DNA of 64,000 bases from Octopus vulgaris. Lineage: Eukaryota. The stretch is taken from positions 30,070,001 to 30,134,000 of the forward strand of contig OX597831.1 in assembly GCA_951406725.2 (NCBI GenBank), read 5' to 3'. The notes below the pieces were generated by a model. The model ran no database searches. It had not been told where the DNA came from and saw only the letters and a list, made by a program, of their open reading frames with translations. The translations under genes were made by a program, and so were the position numbers. Positions 38,501 to 50,105 of the stretch are shown here, piece after piece. Every line of letters begins with the position of its first letter. The stretch's first letter is position 1.

Positions 38501-39163
38501 ATCATTGTCCTGTAATAAATATTCCAATTTCAGGCGAGCGTAAACAATTCATGTTGCTACTGTAGTTTAACCTTAAACCAGCTCCACGATCCGAGACATC
38601 CTAACCGTGGCAATCACGTCTGAATAACAAAGTGTCGTGTATTTTAAGACGATAGATTGGGATTTGGTTGTTACTGCAGCAGGTCAAGAGATGTTAGAGA
38701 GTCTGAATGCTATTTCTTTAAGAATCGCCAACGTACCCATATTTTATTAACTTAGAAAATTCCGATATACCATTTCGCTTATTCGCGAAAAATATATTTT
38801 TCCTCATACAATCATTATTTACACATTTCACGACAATTAAACAGCTTGTATTTAATAGTAAACCAACAAAATAACTTGTAACGACGCATAAAAATTAATA
38901 GTTACACAAAATTGGGTTAAAAGACTGAAACAGAGCAAAAAGCCAGGCTGACCACGTGGTATGCGCTGCTCTTAATTAATAATATACAACAAAAATTAAC
39001 AAAGCACAATTAAAAATGATCATTTTTTTTAAACATTAATTAACAAGTATTAATTAAGACAAAGAAAATCACTCAAAAAGACACGATTTTAAATTTCCTT
39101 TTACGTTGTTTAATAATTAAATTTGGTAAAAGGAAGGAAATTGCAACACGTGCGACTTACCAT
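13992..39163 (-). CDS. NOP56: Nucleolar protein 56 (box C/D snoRNP core), 10 coding exons, 2040 nt, 679 aa
   Basis: Exons 39161-39163, 36601-36808, 31751-31924, 25545-25743, 23796-23983, 21593-21744, 18859-18959, 17413-17561, 15889-16010, 13992-14735. All introns are GT-AG and phases join in frame. Motifs: [96 protein letters not shown], and a K/E-rich tail. Confidence 0.95.
15592..15715 (-). ncRNA. Box C/D snoRNA in NOP56 intron 9, predicted U6 2'-O-methylation guide (SNORD23-like)
   Basis: C box ATGATGA (15704-15710) and D box CTGA (15596-15599). Long terminal stem TTTTGCTCACTTCTCC/GGAAAAGTGATGCAAAA. CATCCTTGCGC is antisense to U6 G65-G75; CAGGGACCA lies in an internal stem-loop. Confidence 0.85.
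15889..16010 (-). CDS. NOP56: NOP56 exon 9
   Basis: tccag|ATTTC...GCTGAG|gtgagt; [35 protein letters not shown]. Confidence 0.93.
16357..16577. mobile_element. piggyBac-type MITE, family 1
   Basis: TTAA|CCCTTTAG...CTAAAGGG|TTAA, inserted in the TTAA of an RTE tail. Related copies near 530-750, 20850-21050, 32890-33100 and 34740-34890. Confidence 0.8.
17413..17561 (-). CDS. NOP56: NOP56 exon 8
   Basis: ttcag|AGCTTTG...GCAG|gtgagt; [25 protein letters not shown]...[22 protein letters not shown]. Confidence 0.95.
18859..18959 (-). CDS. NOP56: NOP56 exon 7
   Basis: gacag|GTTGGT...TTCAG|gtaaga; [33 protein letters not shown]. Not in the ORF track. Confidence 0.95.
19159..19346. mobile_element. 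piggyBac-type MITE, family 2
   Basis: TTAA TSD with CCCTTT...AAAGGG ends. Other copies at 32103-32311, 32520-32746 and 41543-41762. Confidence 0.8.
21593..21744 (-). CDS. NOP56: NOP56 exon 6
   Basis: ttcag|GTATG...GAAACG|gtaagc; [16 protein letters not shown]...[11 protein letters not shown]. Confidence 0.95.
22329..22600 (+). mobile_element. tRNA-headed SINE family C
   Basis: Head TGGCCCAGTGG...GTTTCGATTCCC. Copies near 9870-10165 (-), 17841-18110 and 61501-61613. Confidence 0.75.
23126..23381. repeat. Long AT-rich inverted repeat (~110-bp arms) in NOP56 intron 5
   Basis: CCACTATTATGTAATTCAAACAATG...GATCACAATAAAGTACA is mirrored by TGTACTTTACTGTGATC...CATTGTTTGAATTACATAATAGTGG. Confidence 0.9.
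23796..23983 (-). CDS. NOP56: NOP56 exon 5
   Basis: tccag|AGAGTGG...ATGG|gtgaga; [11 protein letters not shown]...ASKSSM. Confidence 0.95.
25545..25743 (-). CDS. NOP56: NOP56 exon 4
   Basis: gccag|GTATC...ATCAG|gtgagt; GIRVHF...[15 protein letters not shown]...FSMRI. Confidence 0.95.
26113..26242 (-). ncRNA. H/ACA snoRNA copy 1 (18S Psi1347-type guide, SNORA4/snR83-like), NOP56 intron 3
   Basis: Hairpin GGACAC/GTGTCC, H box ACACCA, second hairpin with a CTCCAC / TCTAAG pocket, ACA 3 nt from the end and 14 nt from the pocket. Confidence 0.85.
27688..27817 (-). ncRNA. H/ACA snoRNA copy 2, NOP56 intron 3
   Basis: Near-identical to copy 1, offset by 1575 bp. Confidence 0.8.
29260..29389 (-). 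ncRNA. H/ACA snoRNA copy 3, NOP56 intron 3
   Basis: Same fold; two substitutions (GCATCC) weaken the basal stem of hairpin 1. Confidence 0.7.
30872..31001 (-). ncRNA. H/ACA snoRNA copy 4, NOP56 intron 3
   Basis: Same fold; one basal-stem mismatch (GCGTCC). Confidence 0.75.
31751..31924 (-). CDS. NOP56: NOP56 exon 3
   Basis: accag|GTATT...ATCAGAG|gtaaga; [14 protein letters not shown]...LGVGDSKLG...PEIIR. Confidence 0.92.
33808..33937 (-). ncRNA. H/ACA snoRNA copy 5, NOP56 intron 2
   Basis: Boxes and pocket conserved in unrelated flanks; compensatory G-C to A-U change in the basal stem of hairpin 2. Confidence 0.85.
35118..35241 (-). ncRNA. H/ACA snoRNA copy 6, NOP56 intron 2
   Basis: Boxes and pocket conserved; apical stem rewritten (GTTGTGT/ACACAAAC) but still pairs. 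Confidence 0.85.
36601..36808 (-). CDS. NOP56: NOP56 exon 2
   Basis: ttttag|GCTGAG...TCAGAAG|gtaagt; [17 protein letters not shown]...NINSLSE. Confidence 0.92.
39161..39163 (-). CDS. NOP56: NOP56 exon 1 coding part (ATG only)
   Basis: Minus strand reads GCCATCATG|GTAAGT and joins in phase 0 to exon 2 ([10 protein letters not shown]). Human NOP56 also has an ATG-only first exon. Confidence 0.8.
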
Positions 39164-39204
39164 GATGGCAGGATGTTTGAAGTGAGAACACCGGGTAAAC
39201 CTTA

Positions 39205-39270
39205 CGCCGTGAAAAGACAGTCACTGATTGGCTTGACGTAATCACATGACATACATTTCACCAATGGGGG
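39205..39270 (-). promoter_or_regulatory. NOP56 core promoter: TCT/5'TOP-like initiator with CCAAT, CRE-like and E-box motifs
   Basis: Minus-strand CTGTCTTTTC at 39211-39220, ~50 nt upstream of the ATG. CCAATC at 39226-39231, TGACGTAA, CACATG and a second CCAAT are packed within ~50 bp upstream. Confidence 0.55.
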
Positions 39271-39856
39271 GAGTTGTAACAACTAAAGTCTCATGTTTAT
39301 CGTTTACCTCCTCCTCCCCCTTCATTATCGAAATATAATTTTATGGAAATAATCATCTGATATTGGCCGCATTAAATTATGAAAACAAGTCTTCAGTTAG
39401 CATTTGCTAGTAACGGCTTCTTCCATTTGTTGCTTCCATTAAGATCAGCATTTGCTTTTTTTTTATATTTCACTTAATAACTCAAACAATTGAAATGCGA
39501 AATGTAAAACCGAAATGGAGACAACGAAACGAAGCTATATATATATACACGTACACCATATGCAAATATATTTATTTGCTTATATTACATTATATTATAT
39601 ATATATTCTTTTATTCTTTTACTTGTTTCATTCATTTGACTGCGGCCATTCTGGAGCACCGCCTTTTGTCGAACGAATCAACCCCAGAACTTATTCTTTC
39701 TAAGCCCAGTACTTATTTCTACCGCCCTCTTTTGCCGAACCGCTGGGTTACGGGGACGTAAACGCACCAGCATAAGTTGGGTAGAGTGGGGGGACAAACA
39801 CAGACACACACACATGATATATGTGTGTATATGTAATATATATGTATATATAATGC

Positions 39857-40265
39857 GCAGGAGTGGCTGTGTGGTAAGTAGCTTGCTAACCAACCACATG
39901 GTTCCGGGTTCAGTCCCACTGCGTGGCATCTTGGGCAAGTGTCTTCTGCTATAGCCCCGGGCCGACCAATGCCTGGTGAGTGGATTTGGTAGACGGAAAC
40001 TGAAAGAAGCCTGTCGTATATATGTATATATATATATATATAAGTGTGTGTGTATATGTTTATGTGTCTGTGTTTGTCCCCCTAGCATTGCTTGACAACC
40101 GATGCTGGTGTGTTTACGTCCCCGTCACTTAGCGGTTCGGCAAAAGAGACCGATAGAATAAGTACTGGGCTTACAAAGAATAAGTCCCGGGGTCGATTTG
40201 CTCGACTAAAGGCGGTGCTCCAGCATGGCCACAGTCAAATGACTGAAACAAGTAAAAGAGTAAAA
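39857..40265 (+). mobile_element. tRNA-headed SINE family A (CORE-like), representative full copy
   Basis: A box TGGCTGTGTGG, B box GGTTCAGTCCC, CTTGGGCAAGT, internal (TA/TG)n. Many copies: ~1521-1933, 8616-9110, 9295-9674, 12517-12880, 19665-20030, 24520-24873, 43186-43553, 63660-64000. Confidence 0.85.
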
Positions 40266-41005
40266 GAGAGAGATACATGCACCTACCAAACTGAGGTATG
40301 TAGCTTAGTGTATATACACACACACCAGCAATAACATCCAGTACTAGTAGAATTCTCCTGCAACTGAAATCAGCTTTCAATCGGGCTTTTGATAGCAGAT
40401 AATATAGCAGCAGCATTATAGTATGTACTCGGTTTGTTGTAAGTGTTGTGTCTGCAGTGAACCATAAAAACTACAGATTCTCAGGAAACTGATTTTCACA
40501 AATGTCCTGGAGACTCTTTAGAGGCCGTCCACTTCAGTCTACATTATTAAAACATTTGATATTTGAGACACAGGAGAGAACTGGTTCAATGACAAAGAAC
40601 GTTTTGTCATCATTGGTTCGATGTCTACATTTGCCTGGTAGAAATGAGAGAGGTGGTTCTTAGTTACAGAATGACTCCAAGGAAGAAATTCAACAAGATC
40701 TCGCCAAGTGGTTCATGAAGAGAGACTGAATGGAGAAGATGATCTTCAATGCCTACATCATGATTATGGTCCAACTAACAATAGAAAACACAGAGCCTGG
40801 AAAGGCTAGCGAGGAGAAAATTTCTCCCACCAGATGGTTTATCCTAAAAGTTTATAGTTACATACCGGACTTGTTTATTGTTGTTTTGGCAGTTGTCTAC
40901 TACAAGCTACAAGCATTCCTAATTATCTGAGGGGAAGAATGAAGATATTGTTGAGAAAGAACTTGAAAAATAAAGAAAAATATTCAACAATTTTAGGCCC
41001 ATAAC

Positions 41006-41160
41006 CACTAGCATAACTAGAGTGTGTGCCACCCGGGGCAGCCCTTCCATTTGCTGCCCCTGGACCCCCCAAAAAACACATTGCCTACGGCAGACCCAAA
41101 GGTGCTGCCCCTTTAAAAGTGCCATCCACGGTGGATCCCCCTGCCTTAGTTACACTAGTG
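41006..41160. mobile_element. 155-bp hAT-type MITE
   Basis: Imperfect TIR CACTAGCATAACTA/TAGTTACACTAGTG; perfect 8-bp TSD CCCATAAC. Confidence 0.75.
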
Positions 41161-42119
41161 CCCATAACTCAGCTAAACACAGTTAAAAATTTTAATAAGG
41201 GTACTTCCCACCTTTAAGTAGTCTGAGATTAGAGACTGCAGCTTCCTGGGAATCTATCCATGTCAATCCCTACATCATCCAATTCATCATAAAATGGATC
41301 AAGAACAGAAGTAGCTTTGGTGTGGCTCAGTTTCATTTAGATTAGGTTAAACCTTTCAAAAGGGCCAACCATTGCCATATGGCTGTCTTAAGTGTAGCCA
41401 ATTTCAAATAAACTTTCAGTGTTTGAATCATTATAATGACCAGCAGCATCTATTTGATGACCAAACTGAACAGCTACCTACTGCAGCCATTTCATACATT
41501 CTGTTCATCTACATGAGTGTGCTGAAAAGTTCCTTGCTTTAACCCTTTCGTTACCAACCTGGCTGAAACCAGCTCTGGGTCTGAGTACAAATGTCTTGTT
41601 TTCATAAGTTTTGAATTAAAATCTCCCTGCAAACCTAAGTCACAATTTATGTTCCTAACACTAGCTGAATGATAACTAAGTTATTTTACTAAATTCTTTG
41701 TTATATTTAAAGTAATTGAAAGAAATACAGAGCATCTCAAAATAAATACAGTAATGAAAGGGTTAAGGGTATCATAAAAGCTGTAGTTGGAGGCCCAAAC
41801 TTCTGAGTTCTTTTACAGGGCTTAGAAAAACTGAAGGACCATTGCAATAAGTTTATGAATCTAAGAGGGGAATATGTTAAATAAGATTGTAATTAACCGA
41901 TCCTCCTGTATTTTCTTTTATCCAAAGCCAGGAACTTTTCAGCACCCCCTCATAATTTCTTTTGTACATTTCCATGGTAGAACCACAACTAGATGAGTTA
42001 TGGGCCTAAAATTGTCAAATGTTTTTCCCTTTTTTGAGATTCCTTTTCAACATTATCTCTGCTCTTTGGTTCACGTAACTGGGAATGTTCGTGGTTTGCA
42101 GTAGAAATCAGCCAAGACC

Positions 42120-42590
42120 CCTGCAAACAAGTATGGTATATAGTAATAAAGTTTTCAGGGCAAACCATGCAACTCTGACAGTTTGCTCCCTGTTGACCTC
42201 TCAAAGATTTGCATCTTCCATTGAAAGTCAAGGTACACTGTTGATGTAGGATCTGAAGACCATCTTTTTCAGTCAGTTGTAGTTATTGTGAGGAACACAA
42301 TTGATCTGAGACAGAGTAGCACCGTGTCAACATATGTTGAGGACATTTATGGTTCATTGACATGAAGTTTGCAAATCCAGGACCCAAGAAACATACTTGC
42401 AGTTTCTTACCTATTATTATTGGAGCAACAGGATACATACCGACCGACCTGGAGCAAATTATGGTTGACCTTGGAATCTTGGGATTTATATACTATAAAT
42501 GAAAATGATACCCGGTACTATAAAACTCTGCAAGACTTTCTTAAGATTCAAAGAATGATGGTTAAAACAAGATTCTTTCCTTCACAGTTT
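42120..42590 (-). mobile_element. Possible piggyBac transposase fossil
   Basis: Degenerate SDQLC...KRW and C-terminal CQSCMVC...IYH motifs. Confidence 0.35.
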
Positions 42591-43915
42591 TACTAGCAAG
42601 AAAATGGTCAGTCAAAATTTACTCTAAAATTAAAAAGAGAAAGAGAAGAACATACATACATGCATACACACACACACACACACACACAATACAACACAAC
42701 ACAAGGGGCACTCTGTTAGTTACAACGATGAGGGTCACAACTGATATGATCAACGGAACAGCTTGCTCGTGAAATTAACATGCAAGTGGCTGAGCACTCC
42801 ACAGACATGTGTACGGTTAAAGTAGTTCTCAGAGAGATTTAGTGTGACACAGATTGCGACAAGGCTGGTCCTTTGAAATACAGGTATTACTCTTTTTGCC
42901 AGGTGAGTGGACTGGAGCAAAGTGAAAAAAATTGTCTTGCTCAAGGACGCAACACTTCACCAGGAACTGAACAACACAAAACTTGGAATACCGGTGGAAC
43001 ATTCCAATGAAAACATCTGACAAGTGTAAAGATAACAGGCCAGATATTGTTGTTTGGGACATATAAGAAAAAATATGTTCCATCGTAGAGGTCAGCTGTC
43101 CTGCCTTTGTGAAAGTCTCTTTGAAAATTAAAGAGGAAGATCATAACTATGGAGAACTGCTCTGAAATCTTTAGCTTCTATATTCTTTTACTTGTTTCAG
43201 TAATTTGACTATGGTCATGCTGGAGCACCACCTTTAATCGAACAAATCAACCTCAGGACTTATTCTTTGTAAGCCTAGTACCTATTCTATCAGTCTCTTT
43301 TGCCGAACTGCTAAATTACAGGAATGTAAACACCAACATCGGGTGGGGACAAACACAGACACTCAAACACACACACACACACACACATAGATATACGTTG
43401 GGCTTCTTTCAGTTTCTATCTACCAAATTCACTCACGAGGCTTTGGTCAACCTGAAACTATAGTTGTAGACACTTGCCCAAGGTGCCATGCAATGGGACT
43501 GAACCCAAAACTATGTGGTTGGTAAGCAAACTACTTACTACACAGCCACTCCCTATCCAGATTATAATTTCAGATTTAAACCAATAATTAAAGAAAAAAG
43601 CATTATAATGAATGTTATCAATAATATCTAGTGGAAATAGGGGGTGCTGCAGTTCTGCAGTGACAATATACAAGCCGCCACTGGTGTGGGTAGATTGATA
43701 TAGACAAATATGTGTATGTATGTGTGTGAATATATATATACACACATATATATATACCACTCTTGGAGTGGTTGGTGTTAGAAAGGGCATCCATCTGTAC
43801 AAAATCTGCCAGAGCAGATTGGAGCCTGGCGCAGCCATCTGGTTCGCCAGTCCTCAGTCAAATCGTCCAACCCGTGCTAGCATGGAAAGCAGACGTTAAA
43901 CGATGATGATGATGA

Positions 43916-43962
<47 letters not shown>

Positions 43963-44268
43963 CATATATGTGTATATGTGTGTGTGTGTATACAAATATA
44001 TATGTGTATATACATATATATATATATATTTATTTACTTTGATATATATATATATATATACACAGATTTAAATTAAAAACACACACATAAATGTACATGT
44101 ATCTATATGCAGCTCTCTTTGCGTATATTCGCATATATGTGTGTGTGTGTGTGTGTGTATGTTTGAGTGTGTGTATACATATGTGCACATATATACGCAT
44201 ATATATCTATAGTACATTTATAAAACAAAATATATGCACAGTTTTTCTATATGTATTATACACATATT

Positions 44269-44686
44269 GGCAATCTTTCGTCTCTAGTAGACCTTTCCGT
44301 CGATTTCCGTAAAAAAATTTTTTTTTTTACATATGGGCTTGCGGGAACTTTTGAAGTAATGAGAGCGAAAGAGACTAAGAGAAAGCGATTGTATGACGAG
44401 GGAAGTTCTTTTGAAGTTACCGTCCATGTGAAGCATTGATGTACATGTGTGTGTGTGTTTGATGGGGTGTGGGAGATAGACAGTATGTTGTGTAAGTGAA
44501 GTGCTTCTGTTAGTGTGTGTGAAGAGACAGAGTAATGTGTGAAACAAAGAGATAACTGAAATTTTTTACTCGGTGTATGTGTATATGTATGTATATTACT
44601 TCAAAAGTTCCCGCAAGCCCATATGTAAAAAAAAAATTTTTTTTACGGAAATCGACGGAAAGGTCTACTAGAGACGAAAGATCGCC
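44269..44686. mobile_element. 418-bp MITE with ~90-bp TIRs (Merlin-like)
   Basis: GGC...GCC ends, near-perfect TIRs, TSD cacatatt/cacatatc; the site is empty in sister units. Confidence 0.85.
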
Positions 44687-44791
44687 CACATATCATTTAT
44701 TACAATTATAAAGTTAAAAAAGCAACATGTCATTAACCACATTGATATCTTTAAGCAATATAAAGCTTAAAATATACCTGTTTACCAGTCA

Positions 44792-44864
44792 ACCCGGCTA
44801 GCTCAGTCGGTAGAGCACGAGACTCTTAATCTCGGGGTCGTGGGTTCGAGCCCCACGTTGGGTG
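44792..44864 (+). tRNA. tRNA-Lys(CTT), A1:U72 variant
   Basis: 73-nt cloverleaf with CTT anticodon, A and B boxes, TATAAA at about -30 and an oligo-T terminator. Confidence 0.93.
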
Positions 44865-45782
44865 GATTTTTTTTTGTTCACATTCTTTTAACATTCACTA
44901 CTCCATGTTTATGTGATCACACTTTGGTCACATGTAACAATACCTCTGACCACTATTGTTCTGTTTTCATAAAATCTCATCCTATTTTTCTTCGGTGTTT
45001 TAACAAATCCCGCCAATATTTATTATTTCCCGCCACATGTAAGGGAGATAACAATATTGTAACAAACAAGTTTTGTCCCTTATAAACTTTGTTTATTTTT
45101 TTAGTTTTTCATGCTTGATAACATTTCTTCTGTTCGTCTTAATTTCTAGAATTTAGAAACCCCGTCTTTTCCTTAAAATGCTTACAATTGGCATTTTTTT
45201 CCTGTTTTTCATGGGATTACTATTGTTTTTAGTGCTGTAGGCTTTGAGTATATGCAGGGAGTTTTGATTTGGTTGTATTAACTGTCCTGGCAGACACGTT
45301 AGCGCGCCGGGCGAAATGCTTGTCGGTATTTCGTCTGTCGTTATGTTCTGAGTTCAAATTCCGCCGAGGTCGACTTTGCCTTTCATCCTTTCGGGGTCGA
45401 TAAATAAAGTACCAGTTTCGCACTGGGGTCGATGTAATCGACTTAATCCGTTTGTCTGTCCTTGTTTGTCCCCTCTATGTTTATCCCCTTGTGGGCAATA
45501 AAGAAATATATAATACGTGTATAGTAATCAATGGCGTAATGTCCTGCGTAGCCTATATGAAATAACTACAGTACCCAATAGAGCAATGTTGTTGTTGTGT
45601 GTGTGTATGTGTGAGTGTGTGTGAATGTGTGTGTGTGAATGTGTGTGAGTGTATGTGTATGTGTGTGTGTGAGTATGTATTGTGTCTGTGTGTATGAGTG
45701 TGTGTGTGAATGAATGTGAGTGTGAGTGAATGTGTATGTGTGAGTATATGTGTGTGTGTGTATGAGAGGGAGAGAGAGAGGG

Positions 45783-46433
45783 TATCATCATCATCATCAT
45801 CATCATCGTTTAACGTCCGCTTTCCATGCTAGCATGGATTGAACGGTTCAACTGCGGTCTGGCAAGCCCGAAGGCTGCACCAGGCCAGTCAGATCTGGCA
45901 GTGTTTCTACAGCTGGATGCCCTTCCTAACGCCAACCACTCCGAGAGTGTAGTGGGTGATTTTATGTGCCACCGACACAGGTGCCAGACGAGGCTGGCAG
46001 ACGGCCACGCTCGGATGGTGTTTTTTATGTCCCACCGACACAGGTGCCAGATGAGGCTGGCGAACGGCCACGATCGGATGGTGTTTGTTACGTGCCCACA
46101 GCACGGAGGCCAGTCGATGCGGTACTGGCAACGGTCCTGTTCGGATGGTTTTCTTATGTACCACCGGCACTGGTACCACAAGGATACAAATTCCATTGAT
46201 GTTCATCTATTTTGATTTGGTTTGATTTGATTTGATTTGATTTGATTTTCACTTGCCTCAACAGGTCTTCACAAGTGTCACAAGCAGGAATGTATGCACA
46301 GGTGGACTGACTATGCCCCAGGTAGGGGCCACGGGTTATGGCTTCACTAGTCTTGCCGGGTCTTCTCACGCACAGCATACTTCCATAGGTCTCGGTCTCT
46401 AGTCATTTCCATGGTGAGACCTAACTTTCGAAG
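45783..46433 (-). mobile_element. Short 3' fragment of the same RTE family (ORF end, 3' UTR with ~62-bp internal repeats, (GAT)n)
   Basis: Matches 52983-53580. Similar tail-only pieces at ~13340-13525, 15061-15210, 16578-16780, 25289-25417, 33394-33660 and 43757-43918. Confidence 0.85.
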
Positions 46434-46768
46434 AGTATGTGTGTAATATATCTTTTATCTTTTACTTGTTTCAGTCATTAGGCTGTGGCCATGCTGGGGC
46501 ACCGTCTGGAAGAATTTTCAATCGAATGTATCGACCCCAGTACTTATTTTTAAAAGCCTGGTACTTATTCTATTGGACTCATCTACTGAACTGCTAGATT
46601 ACGGGGTCGTAACCAGCACCGGTTGTCAAGCAGTGTGGGAGACAAACTCAGGTACACACACTTATTCTTTGTAAGCCTAGTACCTATTCAATCAGTCTCT
46701 TTTGCCGAACTGCTAAATTACAGGAATGTAAACACCAACATCGGGTGGGGACAAACACAGACACTCAA

Positions 46769-46854
<86 letters not shown>

Positions 46855-47246
46855 ACGTTGAGCTTCTTTCAGTTTCCATCTACCAAATTCACTCACGAGG
46901 CTTTGGTCAACCTGAAACTATAGTTGTAGACACTTGCCCAAGGTGCCATGCAATGGGACTGAACCCAAAACTGTGTGCTTGGTAAGCAAACTACTTACCA
47001 CACAGCCACTCCCTATCCAGATTATAATTTCAGATTTAAACCAATAATTAAAGAAAAAAGGTTTATACTGAATGTTATCAATAATATCTAGTGGAAATAG
47101 GGGGTGCTGCAGTTCAGCAGTGACAATACACAAGCCGCCACTGGTGTGGGGAGATTGATATAGACAAATATGTGTATGTATGTGTGTGAATATATATATA
47201 CACATATATTGTTTAAATATTTCTGATTATTTTTAAAATATTTCAA

Positions 47247-47345
47247 TTAACCTGAAGATTGACTGTAACCATAACTCGAATTATTAATTGAATTTAAATT
47301 ATTGTTATTCGAATTGGTACAGCCATGAAACGATCGTAGTGTTTT
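47247..47345 (+). ncRNA. Type I hammerhead-ribozyme-like motif (degenerate), copy 1
   Basis: CTGAAGA (47252-47258), stem II TGACTGTAACC/GGTACAGCCA, GAAA (47327-47330), palindromic CGATCG, GTA triplet; stem I is weak. Confidence 0.55.
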
Positions 47346-48006
47346 ACTCTTTATCTTTTATTAAACTTTTGATATATAAAATAAAATTTGAAAAAAAAAT
47401 ATATAAAAATAAATAAATAAATTAATTAATTAATAAAATAATATATAAATATAAAAATATACATACATACATATATATATATATTTGTATATATATATAT
47501 ATAAAATTTATAAGTTTTAATTATTTAAATAATTTTTTATTTTTAACTTTTATATTTTAAATTAATTTTATGTATTGGCTTATGTTTTTCACTGTTTGAT
47601 TTGCCTAATAGTGGTTTTATCTCTAATTTAATATAATATAATATATTTATACTATAAAATCGGATTTAATCCTAAATCTCATTTTTCCCTGTAAGTTTGG
47701 ATTTATTTCCTAATATTATTATTATATACACACACATATATATATATATATATACCACTCTTGGAGTGGTTGGTGTTAGGAAGGGCATCCATCTGTACAA
47801 AATCTGCCAGATCAGATTGGAACCTGGCGCAGCCATCTGGTTCGCCAGTCCTCAGTCAAATCGTCCAACCCGTGCTAGCATGGAAAGCAGACGTTAAACG
47901 ATGATGATGATGATGATGATGATATATATATATTTATTTATATATATATATACATGTGTATATGTGTGTGTGTGTGTGTGTATACATTTATACATATATA
48001 TATGTG

Positions 48007-48051
<45 letters not shown>

Positions 48052-48351
48052 TTACTTTGATATATATATATATATATACACACATTTAAATTAAAAAACA
48101 CACACATAAATGTACATGTATCGATATGCAGCTCTCTTTCCATATATGTATGTATGTGTGTGTGTGTATACATATATGTACATATATATCTATAGCACAT
48201 TTATAAAACAAAATATATATACAGTTTTCCTATAAGCATTATACACATATTATCATTTATTACAATTATAAAATTAAAAAAGCAACATGTCATTAACCGC
48301 ATTGATATCTTTAAGCAATATAAAGCTTAAAATATACCTATTTACCAGTCA

Positions 48352-48424
48352 ACCCGGCTAGCTCAGTCGGTAGAGCACGAGACTCTTAATCTCGGGGTCG
48401 TGGGTTCGAGCCCCACGTTGGGTG
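48352..48424 (+). tRNA. tRNA-Lys(CTT), A1:U72 variant
   Basis: Identical to the 44792 copy; T-run terminator. Confidence 0.93.
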
Positions 48425-49568
48425 GATTTTTTTTGTTCACATTCTTTTAACATTCACTACTCCATGTTTATGTGATCATACTTTGGTCACATGTAACAAT
48501 ACCTCTCACCACTATTGTTCTGTTTTCAAAAAATCTCATCCTTTTTTTCTTCGGTGTTTTAACAAATCCCGCCTTAATTTATTATTTCCCGCCACATGTA
48601 AGGGAGATAACAATATTGTAACAAACAAGTTACGTCCCTTATAAACTTTGTTTTTGTTTTTTTTTTACTTTTTCATGCTTGATAACATTTCTTCTGTTCG
48701 TCTAAATTTCTAGAATTTAGAAACCCCGTCTTTTCCTTAAAATGCTTACAATTGGCATTTTTTCCCCCTGTTTTTCATGGGATTACTATTGTTTTTAGTG
48801 CTGTAGGCTTTGAGTATATGCAGGGAGTTTTGATTTGGTTATCAATGGCGTAATGTCCTGGGTAGCGTATATGAAATAACTACAGTACCCATTAGAGCAA
48901 TGTTGTAGTTGTTGTTGTGTGTATATGTGTGAGTGTGTGTGTGAGTGTATGTGTGTGTGTGAATGTGTGTGAGTGTATGTATGTATATATGTATGTGTGT
49001 CTGTGTGAATGTGTGTGTGAGTGTGTGTGAATGTATGTGAGTGTGAGTACCCATTAGAGCAATGTTGTTGTTATTGTGTGTGAGTGTGTGTGTGTATGTG
49101 TGTGTGAATGTGTGTGAGTGTATGTATGTATATATGTATGTGTGTCTGTGAATGTGTGTCAGTGTGTGTGTGAATGGATGTGAGTATGAGTGAATGTGTA
49201 TGTGTGTGTGTGTGTATGAGAGGGAGAGAGAGAGAGAGTATGTGTGTAATATATCTTTTACTTGTTTCAGTCAGACTGTGGCCATGCTGGGGCACCGTCT
49301 GGAAGAATTTTCAATCGAATGTATCGACCCCAGTACTTATTTTTAAAAGCCTGGTACTTATTCTATTGGACTCATCTACCGAACCGCTAGATTACGGGGA
49401 CGTAAACATACCAGCACCGGTTGTCAAGCAGTGTGGGAGACAAACTCAGGTACACACACACTTATTCTTTGTAAGCCTAGTACCTATTCTATCAGTCTCT
49501 TTTGCCGAACTGCTAAATTACGGGAATGTAAACACCAACATCGGGTGGGGACAAACACAGACACTCAA

Positions 49569-49615
<47 letters not shown>

Positions 49616-50006
49616 CGTTGAGCTTCTTTCAGTTTCCATCTACCAAATTCACTCACAAGGCTTTGGTCAACCTGAAACTATAGTTGTAGACACTTGCCCA
49701 AGGTGCCATGCAATGGGACTGAACCCAAAACTGTGTGCTTGGTAAGCAAACTACTTACCACACAGCCACTCCCTATCCAGATTATAATTTCAGATTTAAA
49801 CCAATAATTAAAGAAAAAAGGTTTATACTGAATGTTATCAATAATATCTAGTGGAAATAGGGGGTGCTGCAGTTCAGCAGTGACAATACACAAGCTGCCA
49901 CTGGTGTGGGGAGATTGATATAGACAAATATGTGTATGTATGTGTGTGAATATATATATAGACATATATTGTTTAAATATTTCTGATTATTTTTAAAATA
50001 TTTCAA

Positions 50007-50105
50007 TTAACCTGAAGATTGACTGTAACCATAACTCGAATTATTAATTGAATTTAAATTATTGTTATTCGAATTGGTACAGCCATGAAACGATCGTAGT
50101 GTTTT
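50007..50105 (+). ncRNA. Type I hammerhead-like motif, copy 2
   Basis: Identical to the 47247 copy. Confidence 0.55.

Noticed and set aside
36809-39160. SCA36-like GGCCTG repeat in NOP56 intron 1
   Set aside because: Only an isolated hexamer seen; no tandem tract
39857-39925. tRNA-like A and B boxes
   Set aside because: SINE head with no complete cloverleaf, present in many diverged copies
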